A stretch of DNA of 51,022 bases, filler included, from Catajapyx aquilonaris (taxonomy: Eukaryota), in assembly GCA_000934665.2 (NCBI GenBank). It is 2 parts of 2 records of this genome, joined end to end, with 100 filler letters (N's around TTAATTAATTAA, not from the genome) between each part and the next. Parts side by side here need not be neighbours in the genome. Positions count along the whole stretch, not along the records: positions 25,510 to 51,022 come from JYFJ02005367.1; 1 more part is not named here. One strand, written 5' to 3'. The translations under genes were made by a program, and so were the position numbers. Positions 38,201 to 48,099 of the stretch are shown piece after piece. The notes under the pieces were generated by a model. The model was not told where the DNA came from and searched no databases. It saw only the letters and a list, made by a program, of their open reading frames with translations. Numbering within the stretch: position 1 is the first letter of the stretch; each line of letters begins with the position of its first letter.

Positions 38201-41200
38201 AGCGAAATGGCAGGCCTTTTATTAAAGTTTTATAGCGCATGAGCGTCCGCGAATCCAATACTTTCGGGCCCAAAATTACTCTTTTTGTCCCAACCCCATC
38301 TTTTAATCCCCCATTTTAATCATAAATCAATTCACTAACGATTCTTAAAGCTTGTTTTTATCCGTCCTTACAGAATCAGGTAAGGCTTCAGCTCCACCAA
38401 GTTGATCTGGGGGATTATATTGTACCTTTATGGCAACAGGTGTTTTCCCGCTGTTGGGTTTCCTAATCTCTTGCTCTTTGGCGAATGTAATTGGGCCCAT
38501 GTTGGAAGAAAATAGTCGGATGGAGTTTCTAAGGAAAAGGTGCAGTTGTACGATATCAGCAATACACTTCTCACTCACAAATCCGTTAGCAGTCAGACCA
38601 AAAAGCCTCTGAGATTCTGGTAAACACCTTTTATGCGGTCGTCATCCTTGAGGTAGTGGACTGGCCCGAATCAATCAGAGAAGGCTTAGCAGCAAGACAA
38701 CAAGGCGAACAGAATATTGACACACGTTTCTCCGGTCCTTTTCAGGTAAAATTGGGAGGAAGACGAGTCTATCCAGGTGGAAGGTAAGGAAAATCAATCG
38801 CTATTATTTCCCTGGCTTGGATCACTTTCCATGCTCCAGGATAACAGCGCTAGATATTTATAGAATGCATCGATCGCTAGTTTTTCTAACCTTTAATTTG
38901 TATCGTGCTTGTTAAGCCCCCGTCTATACTGAGAATGTTAAGTTATCTGGTTTCTTCCACGAACTGGTTCCTCTAATAGCAATCCAGTAATCGGATTATT
39001 AGGTTTCGGAACATCGCATCCGAGCTCTTAAGATTAATAACGGTTCATTGGTTTCATCTTTCTTTTTACTATAGTTTTGCGTCCATGCGGACAAGAGGAA
39101 GATGCTTCAGGAATTGACCCAGAGCCTGCACTTGCGCCCTAACAAAGCCAATGTTCTTTGGGAACTGGGCACATGCATCTCTTCGGCGGTCAATGCTGAT
39201 GGGTTCCGCCTGTACCTGCTCGACAACTCGACTCAGCAACTCAGGAGATACGACGGGAATGTCTCGGAGGAGTATGTGTTTTTTTGTGGGGGTGTCTTTG
39301 AGCACCGCGGTACTCTCTAATTATGGCACTGACACGATCATGAATATTGATGGGGGGTGAGTGTCAATTTCAGAGAGTGGCATGAAAATCTGCGGGATTA
39401 AACTTGAGCTGCGGAAGTCACTTGATGTCAGTTTTTAAAAACTCATTTAAAAGTATGTCGTTTTTTTTGTTTCAGAGTGGATCTCCCTAATGGATATGTG
39501 CAGGATATATGCACTGGAACCACCCTGCCAGCATATGTGTCCCAGACACGTGAGGCGGTTCGGACGTCCAGCCCTGAGAATGATCCACGTTTCCCGTTGG
39601 GCTCAGGCTCTCCGGACGAGCCTTGGGAGCACTTTCTGGTACTTCCCATCATACAGTCAGATGGGGAGCAGCGGGCTGTGCTGGAGCTCCTGAGGAGAGC
39701 TGGAGCCAGTCCCTTCTATGAGGAGGACGAGGAAATTGTCAACAGCTATCTAGTCTGGGGAGGAATTGCCATGCACTATGCAGAACTATATCATAATATG
39801 GACAAACAGAGGAGACTCAATGACTTCTTACTGACAGTAGTTAAGTGAGTAAATCACATCACTTTAATGATTGGTGATGAAGTATGATGAGGAATGTTAA
39901 TGTGCCATGCTGCTCCTTTTGCCAGATCCATCTTTCAAGATATGGTTAGTATGGACACACTGATCATGAAGGTGATGAACTTTGCCCAGAGGCTTGTGGA
40001 TGCTGATAGAGCATCATTGTTTCTCCTGGATAACCGAAGCAATGAATTGTATGCACGATTGTTTGACATGGGGACATCCAACGATGATGAGCCTCCCAAA
40101 CTGGAGAAGGAGATTAGGTATTGGAATGACAGAGGACAAAGTGCCCTGCGATGGCTGATGTGCTTGAACTGCACAATTTTTGTTTTATCAGGTTCGGTTT
40201 GGGAACAGGCATTGCTGGAACAGTGGCAAAAACTGGCGAGGTCCAGAACATAACTGACGCATATTCAGATCCAAGGTTCAACAGATCTGTGGACCAGCTG
40301 ACGGGATATAGAACCAGGACCATCCTTTGCATGCCCATTTACATACGAAGCAGTGTCATAGGGGTTGTCCAAATGGTTAACAAACGGTCTGGAGTCTTCA
40401 CCAAAGTGCGTATTCATTACAATTTATTTTTATTTTTTATGCCTTCTATCTCGAGTCACTTGTGACAGACATAATTTCAACACAGGAAGATGAAGCATCT
40501 TTTGAGACGTTTGCTGTGTATTGCGGGTTGGCATTGCATCATGCCAAGCTCTATGACAAGATTCGTCGATCAGAGCAGAAGTATAAAGTAGCCCTCGAGG
40601 TCCTCAGTTACCATAATTCCTGCCAGGAAGATGAAGTTAGGATGCTCAAAATGGAGGGAGTACCTGATGACATGGAGAGAGTCCTTACGTGAGTTATCTA
40701 CAAAAACATTGTAAAATATTCTGTCAATGTTGGCTGTCCGAAAAAAAACTAGTTTTTTCAGGGAAAAAGTAGGCTACACCTTTTTTTGGGAAAAACTTAT
40801 TTTTTCTGAAAACAATTCATTTTTATAGAAATTCTTATGACCGTTGTGTTTAATTAAGTAGACATCTTACCCAAAAAATCAAGCGAGCAAGCAAAATTCA
40901 GTTCTTCAGTGACTATTTACAAAATCCGGTCCCTTCCACGAAAGGCCTGGCCTGTATGACACTAGTGCAGAATTCAGTAGCTTAAACAATATTTTACCCC
41001 CACACAAACTGTTTTCTTCCCTTTTTGCAGCTATGAGATGAATCCAATGTCACTGAGTGACCAGGAAAAAGTGCGCTACACCATTGCCATGTTTGTGGAT
41101 TTGTTTGGCCTCTCACGTTTTGAGAGTGAGAGCCTCATACGTTTCTCACTCACCGTAAAGAGGAACTACCGGCGAGTACCCTATCACAATTGGGGACATG

Positions 41201-44200
41201 GATTTGCAGTGGCCAATTCCATGTACACCATACTCAAGCACTCCCAAGAAATCTTCAAACCAATGGAGGTACTACCACTTAACATCTGAATTGGCGTTCA
41301 AGCTCTAAAGCAGAAGATTGTCTTCCTTTAAACGATTTCAGTAGCAAATATATCAGTGCGTGATGCTTGGAAACCATACTAATTTTGTACATATTATCTC
41401 TTTGACAGCGCTTGGCACTGTACATAGGCTCACTCTGCCATGACCTGGACCACCGTGGAAAGAATAACAAGTTCATGCTGGATTCCGAGTCCCCACTAGC
41501 AGCAGTGTACAGTACCTCAACAATGGAGCACCATCACTTCAACCAGACCATCACCATCCTGCAGCAGGAGGGACACAACATTTTCCAGAAGCTGGGAAGC
41601 CATGAATACAAGCAGGTGCTGGGGCTCATCAAGCACTGCATCTTGGCCACCGACCTGGCCTTGTTCTTCCCCAACAAGGCCCGGTTGGGACAAATGGCCA
41701 AGGACGACTCCTTCAGCTGGGATGATCCAGACCATAGGTATGGGTTTCCGATAGAATTTTTTAATAATTAACTTACTGAACATTGGAATTGTGGTAGGAT
41801 GCTTCTAGAGACAATCGCCATGACTGGAGCTGACCTTTGCGCCAGTACAAAGCCTTGGGGTGTCCAGTCCGAGACAGTGCGAGTCATTTTTGAAGAGTTC
41901 TATGAACAGGTGAGCTAAAAACCATGACGGCTGTTGTAAGAAGACTCTACAGATTGTGTGGCCATTTACTGCTTGACTATAAGCACCAAGCCGCAGGTCA
42001 CTTGTTCCAGTTGCATGTATTATCAATCCCAGTCTGATCCTAAGATTTTAAGCAATAATCCTGGGCTTGGGCTAAAGGAAAGCAGACCCTGATACAGTTA
42101 CCCTCAAATTATTATTTTAGATGTAAAATAATAATTAGAGGGTTAGTTCTGGAACCAGTGATGTGTGCTTAGACGATGACTATTAATGTTGCAGCCAATG
42201 AAGCCATTGTAATGAGTGAAAATGGACAGCTGCAGGTCCATGCATGGCTTTGTTACGGTTGCTACCTTGGCATAACTACAATGTCAGTAATGGCCACACA
42301 AAGCAATACGTGTATCAAGTTTGAAAACCTTGCAGACTGGGTCAAGGGGCATGTCATGCAGTGGAGGAATAGCTCTGATGCACATCTTTTTTGTACAAGC
42401 AAGTCTTGAAAATGCATGCAATAGTGTGGAAATAGGGTCTGAGTAAAATGGCAATATTGGAAACAAAATTGTAAGACCCCCAACCCAGTAGAAAAGAAAA
42501 GTAAAGTCTGAGGGAAAGTGATTTAAGGGTGACGAGGAGCGAGCAGCCGGAAGGACACCAATGCCAATGATGGACAGGTACCTGGCAGACCAGCAGTCCC
42601 TCACTCAGGTTGGTGCCTTCAGTCGCCTGACACGCAGCATCCTCTTGACTATGCTGTAATCCCTCTTCTCACCCTCTTCTCTACACCCGGCCTCTCGATC
42701 CAGGCTCCCTGCCAGGACTCGATTGAGGGTCGATCAGTGGAGCAAAGTTTAAGTTCAATGCAGGCGCGACGTTTACAGACCAATGGAACTACTACTTTCA
42801 CTGGTTCACTGTTTACTTGCCATGTAATGATTATTCTAGAGACCTCTTAAATTTGTAATAAAACTGATAATAATTGCTTTTTTAGCACATCTTTCTGCAA
42901 CTTACGTTATTGAACTCTGATAGATAAATGCTGGAAGCTTACTTTTCATAAATGCTGACAGCATTTTCTGTACAGCAGCAATTAAAGAGTAAAATGGCAT
43001 TGTCAGGTCTGCACTCAAATTAATCTGCTGAGTGCATACAAATACAGTACAATGCACAACCTGGTCATCTGTCATACATGTTAGTTCTGCCATATCAAAT
43101 TCCACTGATGAATCACTTACAAGATGTGAGTAAAAATAGTTTTACGTATTTCTGATTCGCTAAGAATTTATGGTGGCTATTGAAAGTAGTAAGTCCCTGC
43201 ACATGTCTGCAGTAAAGTCTGTTGTAAAGTGTTTTAAATGAAAGTGTCAACAAACTGGGGAAAGAGTGGTTTGATTTGCACACGAATAAGCTTGCTGTTA
43301 TGATGCTCTTTCAGGGAGACGCGGAGAAAGAGGCAGGGAGGGTACCCATTCCTATGATGGACCGGAACAAGAAGGAGGAACAAGCTAACATGCAGGTGAA
43401 CACGCAGGGCTCACTTGCGCCACCGCTTGTTCCTTTTACACTCGCACTTTTCTTCTCACCAAGCACATTGCTTTTTCACATTTTTGGGGAGCCTCTTCCA
43501 TTTTGGAGGCTGCGTTTTTTTTTGTTTTTTTGATTTTCCAAAATGTCAAGACATTATTTTTCTCTGTACATGGCCTTACTGGTACTTTCGGTGCTTTTGT
43601 GGTGGTTTGGCCCAACTTTTGTGTACTTGTTCAAGGTCCTACTTTTAACATAGAAGTACAGTCACCCCATACTATTTTAACTTTCATCTTTCATTATAAC
43701 ATTTCTGTGTGGTATTTTTCACCTTCATTTATCTGGAGTTGTGGTTTCCAACCTTTCTCGAGTCACGACCCCCTTTTATAATAACCAAGTAACCTGCGAC
43801 CTCACCCCCACATTTGTGTAAAGAGGCACTTTTATAGGGCAAGGAAAACATAAACATATTTTCATAACATAATTATTACCAAATATTTAATTAACCCAAC
43901 ATTTAATGAGATGGTTGCACTTGCATCAGGCAAACATAATTCGCGGCAGCGTGTTCGTAAAAAAATTGAGAAAAAATGCGGAGACCCCCCAGACAACCAT
44001 TCGTGACCCCCTTGGGGGTCGCGACCCACAAGTTGGGAACCACATTCTAGACTATCTAGAGCAGTGCTTCCCAAATTGAAAATAATATTTGGGGTCGCAA
44101 GGGAGGGTAATAAATTATTTTCACAAAATGATGCTATCTTTCTTGAAAATCATGACCATAGGTCATTTCACTGTTTACCTGTCTTTTCATGTTGGCGGAT

Positions 44201-45720
44201 CGGATATTTTACAAGACGATTTTTTGGGGTCGCCAACGAAAGAAATTGGGAAGCACTGGTTTAGAGAGAAGGATAGTGATAAAAATGACACTAAGGTAGT
44301 GCTTTATTTTTCTGACGCTGTATAATGATTTTATGCTCATTAGTCTCCACGTCTTTCAATGCACAAATTCGTAGTTGATGCCACCCTACATATTGCACAG
44401 TCAAAGTTGGCCTTTCAAATGATCTGTGAGTGAGAGAATAAAATCATCTGTCTCCCAACCTTCAGTGACTGCAGGTGATTATGACTGTGCATAATGTATA
44501 TCGCTAAAAAGGTAGTGTCACTACCACAAGTCCACTCAGCAAGTAGTAGTATGCGAAAATCAACACCTTCACTGAAAATTTTGAAACTGCTTCAGATTAA
44601 CGCCTCAGTATGCACATGCAGGCAGTCTCCAACTTACATAAGTGGATCATTCCGCAACATTACATGCAAGGCAATTTTACGTAACTCAGGACGTCAAAAA
44701 ACTCCTACAGTATACTGTACTGTACCTTACACGTACGTACATAGAAACTAGAGCCACTGTCATATTCAATTGTGGCCTTTGTGAGAGAGTCAGGATTCTC
44801 CGCAATGCCCAGTAGCTGGGCATCATGTCCGTCATGCGTATTTAATGAGAAAATGAGTCTCGGCAGGCACGTTCGAGTTGCCACTCATAGCAATTTAATG
44901 TGGTTTGGATGGATGGAGGCATTTCACATTACTAGTTTGTTTGGGAAATTTGGCAGCTCTTTTTGTGCATGTTGTATGCAGTTAATGTAAGTCTGGATCT
45001 ACAAAGGTCAAGGCTACATAAGTTGGGGACAGTAATTACTTCACGTGCACCTTTCATCTGTAATTCAGCAGGTTCTTTCATGAACCACACTCCAGATAAT
45101 TCCGAGTTTTCGTTCCTGTTTCATATACTTGAACCAGGCTTGAACCATAATTTGGGAAATAGTTTGGCATAAACTACATGCCATACAAAATGATATTAAT
45201 TTGGCAATGGACATGTCATTTTTTGACAAAATCTGGAAGCAGCGTTCAATGGGTAAAGTAATTGAGAACAGTGAAGTGGAATGGCAGGGTGCAACTGTCC
45301 TCGGATTATGGGTCAGGTACAACTAATTCCTTCCCAACTCAGGTGGGCTTCATCACGGGAATCTGCATACCATGCTATGAGCTGCTGGGAAAGTTCCTTC
45401 CTGGTACCCAGCCAATGCTGGATGGATGCAAGAGGAATCTAGAGCGCTGGCAGCAGATAGCCAGTGAGCAGCGGGCCATCTCGGAAGCCCAGAAGAAAGA
45501 GGAGGAGGAGGAGAAGGTGATTGCTGAGGCTGAGGCCAAGGAAAAGGCAGCTGCTGGAGCAAAGGAAGTGCCACCGCCTACTCTTGAGGTTGTGACTGCT
45601 GCCAATGAAGAAGAGGAGGATGATGATGAAGGAGTGGGAGAAAAGGTGGAGCTGGATCCAGAAGTTGTGCTAGAGGATGACGAGGATGATTTTGTGGTGA
45701 GGGAGATTGGATCCACTTGA
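29179..45720 (+). CDS. PDE10A: cAMP/cGMP phosphodiesterase of the PDE10A / pde-5 family (GAF-A, GAF-B, PDEase); spliced model join(29179-29262,30627-30747,31049-31246,37574-37657,37849-37995,38746-38783,39075-39271,39476-39844,39926-40117,40192-40405,40486-40688,41031-41268,41409-41737,41798-41909,[42528-42608 or 43315-43395],45343-45720), ~994 aa
   Basis: All junctions GT-AG and phase-compatible (2985 nt, no internal stop); GAF motif NK....F...DE; catalytic YHNWGH and HDLDHRG; PDE10-type N-terminal helix [17 protein letters not shown] and C-terminal PIPMMDR...Q.GF...CIPCY. Exons from 37849 onward are secure; the first four rest on splice phase only. Confidence 0.92.
30627..30747 (+). CDS. 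PDE10A: PDE10 candidate N-terminal exon, [12 protein letters not shown]...[13 protein letters not shown]
   Basis: TTCCATATTCAG| acceptor phase 0, open frame, CTG|GTAACG donor phase 1. Confidence 0.5.
31049..31246 (+). CDS. PDE10A: PDE10 candidate Ser/Arg/Pro-rich N-terminal exon
   Basis: Pyrimidine tract + GAG acceptor, 198 nt open, consensus GTAAGT donor, phase 1-1. Confidence 0.55.
35056..35230 (+). CDS. PDE10A: PDE10 candidate alternative first coding exon (acidic stretch, hydrophobic helix, basic cluster)
   Basis: [58 protein letters not shown]; acceptor TTTCAG at 34987; putative non-canonical CAG|GCCAGT donor in phase 1, matching 37574. Confidence 0.5.
37574..37657 (+). CDS. PDE10A: PDE10 exon ([27 protein letters not shown])
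   Basis: Strong TTTGCTCTTTGCAG acceptor, AAG|GTAAAG donor, phase 1-1, in frame with next exon. Confidence 0.75.
37849..37995 (+). CDS. PDE10A: PDE10 exon (conserved N-terminal helix)
   Basis: [44 protein letters not shown] / GTAAGT. Confidence 0.9.
38746..38783 (+). CDS. PDE10A: PDE10 38-nt microexon ([13 protein letters not shown])
   Basis: TTTTCAG / AAG|GTAAGG; needed to convert phase 1 to phase 0. Confidence 0.88.
39075..39271 (+). CDS. PDE10A: PDE10 exon (start of GAF-A)
   Basis: [18 protein letters not shown]...[13 protein letters not shown]. Confidence 0.92.
39476..39844 (+). CDS. PDE10A: PDE10 exon (GAF-A)
   Basis: DPRFPLG...LVLPII...VLELLR...[16 protein letters not shown]...LNDFLLTV. 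Confidence 0.94.
39926..40117 (+). CDS. PDE10A: PDE10 exon (GAF-B)
   Basis: [35 protein letters not shown]...ELYARLFD. Confidence 0.95.
40192..40405 (+). CDS. PDE10A: PDE10 exon (GAF-B)
   Basis: [44 protein letters not shown]...VVQMVNK. Confidence 0.95.
40486..40688 (+). CDS. PDE10A: PDE10 exon (GAF-B end, linker helix)
   Basis: [43 protein letters not shown]. Confidence 0.95.
41031..41268 (+). CDS. PDE10A: PDE10 exon (catalytic domain, YHN motif)
   Basis: [24 protein letters not shown]. Confidence 0.95.
41409..41737 (+). CDS. PDE10A: PDE10 exon (catalytic domain, HD motif)
   Basis: [11 protein letters not shown]...[16 protein letters not shown]...ILATDL. Confidence 0.96.
41798..41909 (+). 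CDS. PDE10A: PDE10 exon (catalytic domain)
   Basis: [46 protein letters not shown]. Confidence 0.93.
42528..42608 (+). CDS. PDE10A: PDE10 alternative catalytic exon A ([27 protein letters not shown])
   Basis: 81 nt, phase 0-0, TTTAAG / CAG|GTTGGT; 14/27 aa identical to exon B; not in ORF track. Confidence 0.82.
43315..43395 (+). CDS. PDE10A: PDE10 alternative catalytic exon B ([27 protein letters not shown])
   Basis: 81 nt, phase 0-0, CTCTTTCAG / CAG|GTGAAC. Confidence 0.9.
43739..44045. mobile_element. hAT/Charlie-like MITE
   Basis: Ends TGTGGTTTCCAAC ... GTTGGGAACCACA; subterminal CGACCC repeats; flanks resemble the NTCTAGAN target. Confidence 0.75.
44062..44258. mobile_element. hAT/Charlie-like MITE (197 bp)
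   Basis: TIR CAGTGCTTCCCAA ... TTGGGAAGCACTG; 8-bp TSD ATCTAGAG / GTTTAGAG (6/8); internal GGGGTCGC motifs. Confidence 0.85.
45343..45720 (+). CDS. PDE10A: PDE10 last coding exon (end of catalytic domain plus acidic tail)
   Basis: [39 protein letters not shown] then E/D-rich tail, TGA; AATAAA at 45845-45850. Confidence 0.94.
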   Translation: MGFITGICIPCYELLGKFLPGTQPMLDGCKRNLERWQQIASEQRAISEAQKKEEEEEKVIAEAEAKEKAAAGAKEVPPPTLEVVTAANEEEEDDDEGVGEKVELDPEVVLEDDEDDFVVREIGST

Positions 45721-46114
45721 GGATAAGCCATTGTAAAATCCTACGTGTTTCGAACACTCGTCTTCAACTACTTCACTTTGTTTCACTGTGATCACTAGTT
45801 TCTTACTGGCTATTTTCATCTGAAATGCTAGCTGAGACTCACTTAATAAAAAGTTAGGCCAGTAGGGGTAAGTATTTAAGAAAAGTGAAGTCACTTCTTA
45901 CATCCTCACTTTGCACATCTAATGTTCTACTATGAAAATAAATGGACACTTTTAAGCAGGTGAAATGTCATTTCAAGACGGTATGTCAACAAGTCATCTT
46001 AGGGCCACAATATAATTTATTCAACGCATATAATTTGGTCCCATTGCATAGTAATACTCCAATAGATTTAACAGTCAATAATAATAAAAATACAATAATA
46101 TTGTGCGTGAGATT

Positions 46115-48046
46115 CTAAGCTTGCTTTGGTGGCATTTTGAGTATCCCAACCCTCCTCAAGTAGCGGACAATGAAAGGAGTGGCGGCTGCTGTTATACTCA
46201 TTCTTACTGGTACAAAGAGCTTGTGAATGGCATAAGCGACCACAAAGGTACTGGCCCCTGATGTCAGCTTACTCTCCACCAATTCATTGCTCAGCCCCAA
46301 GCTCCTTAAGATGCCAACTACGTCTAGACCACTGGAAAGTAAGAATATTATTAAAAATTAATAATAATCATTTCCAGAAGATGGATTACAAGGGTACCAG
46401 ATCCCATCACCAATAGCTAAATAATTTTGTGATATATACCTGGAAACGGCAGTGTAGCATCCTCCGAGGGACAACAAAGAGATACACACGTGAAAGACGA
46501 CAACAGTGCTTCCGTAGTCCTTGATCAGCCTTCGAAGCTTTCCCTTGCGATCCTCTTTGCCCTCCTCAGGAGCAGGTGTGTGGGTGGACGTGCTGAAGTT
46601 CCGCCTGTCTGTACGTACCAGGGCATATTTGCCATCCTGCACTTTGGACTCTTATGATAACTAAAAGCTTCAGAAAGCACAGTGAAATCCACTTCTAGTT
46701 TAGCAAGCTGAAGATAGTGGCATGTCATGTTAAAGCACAAGCTGAAAGTTATAAGCGTGTTTCACTGTAGAAGTGTAGCAGAAGTGCAATCCAACTTTTC
46801 ATATCAGAATCTCCTATCATATTGTACTGCAGCAAAAACAATGTATAACTGCCTTACAAACAGGTATGATCTTCTCAACTCAGAAACATTATTGATAAGC
46901 ATAATCAAATTATTTCAGATTTTTTTTTTCACCCTCTCACTTTCCGGCGATTCTGACATGAAACTGAAGCTTGCCTCTAAAGAATGTTTATTGCCTTACT
47001 CTCATCGTCGTCAACACCATTCTTGCTGATGTTCTTAAAATGTGTGGAATGCAAGTCCTGTGCGAGGTACTTCTGGTCCTGTCCCCAGTTCCCACCAGGC
47101 ATGTTGAGATGTGTCGGAAGGTTCTTGGTCCCTGGTGGCTCGTAGGGCTTAGGCACGTTGCTCTGCATCACCGAGTTGAGGCTCAGGACAGCAGTCTGGT
47201 CATACCCATCCACATAAGCATCATCTCTGGTGCTGCTGTCAGTCCCTGATGAGTGGCCAGCCACCACAGTCTGGTCACTCATGAAGCTCGACCCAAAAGC
47301 GCTCCCAGTCTGTTGCGAGGCAATGGTCGAACCAGAGAGATCCCGGGCGCGTTGGGGTGAAAAGCGCGACTTCTCACCAGCGTTGATCTCCTCCATATTG
47401 TTTGGCAATGGGAGGGCCCCAGGGTCAGGGAAGCGCGTCTGCGGGGTGCGGTGCAGATTGGCGTAAGGTGGCTGTTTAGTAGTGTCTGAAAGAGTAATGG
47501 TAACAGTTATTGTGCTGAATATGTGCAACAAGTGGCTTGCACACAGGCAGCAGAAAGACTTCAGAACACTGCATACTGCGCTAACAGACTGGACTACTTC
47601 GCATGCCTCAGCTGCATGCAAGTACTGTAAGTATTCCTGCAGGAAAAATGCAAGTCATGCGTAATTACAGTTTTATTCTTTGTAATATTTTTTATTACAG
47701 CTACGTCTATGTTATTTACCCAAAATGCTTGCCCTTCAGAAAGCAACTTTTTTATGCGGTGCATGTGATCGCCTGCAGGTGCCCGTCACGATGGGAAAAA
47801 CAGGGCAAAACAATATGACAAAGGGCAGCATGCACGTGCTGATCAGGCACTTACGCAAGTACCTAGAGGTGAATACCATTTCCAAGGCCGGCCGACACCT
47901 TGGCCAACTTTACCTTCAAAAATTGCAATTTTTCCCCCGCAACATTTTGCAGCGAATGATTATACCGTACCCTTGAGTGTCCTGCACTGCACCACCACCC
48001 GTCCCATGCTCTTGAATTTCGGCACGGTCCTGGCTATCTTCCACAT
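46115..48046 (-). CDS. FAM210B: FAM210B (DUF1279, mitochondrial); model complement(join(46115-46331,46440-46650,47000-47485,47971-48046)), 329 aa, or 167 aa without the 486-nt exon
   Basis: KLRRLIKDYGSTVVVFHVCISLLSLGGCYTAVSSGLDV...GASTFVVAYAIHKLFVPVRMSIT...PFIVRYLR is the FAM210B domain; exon 1 MWKIARTVPKFKSMGRVVVQCRTLK is basic and acid-free like a presequence; phases compatible (990 nt). The 46650 acceptor and inclusion of 47000-47485 are less certain. Confidence 0.85.
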
Positions 48047-48099
48047 CTTTTTTTCTCCCTATATTTTCCAGCAGGCCACAATCAGCACGCGAAAGTTTC

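Noticed and set aside
38649..38670. let-7-like start TGAGGTAGT (and miR-10-like TACCCTGTA near 8959)
   Set aside because: Match limited to 9 nt; no precursor hairpin
45375..45731. Minus-strand Ser-rich ORF and other ORFs antisense to PDE10/FAM210B exons
   Set aside because: Antisense shadows of real coding exons
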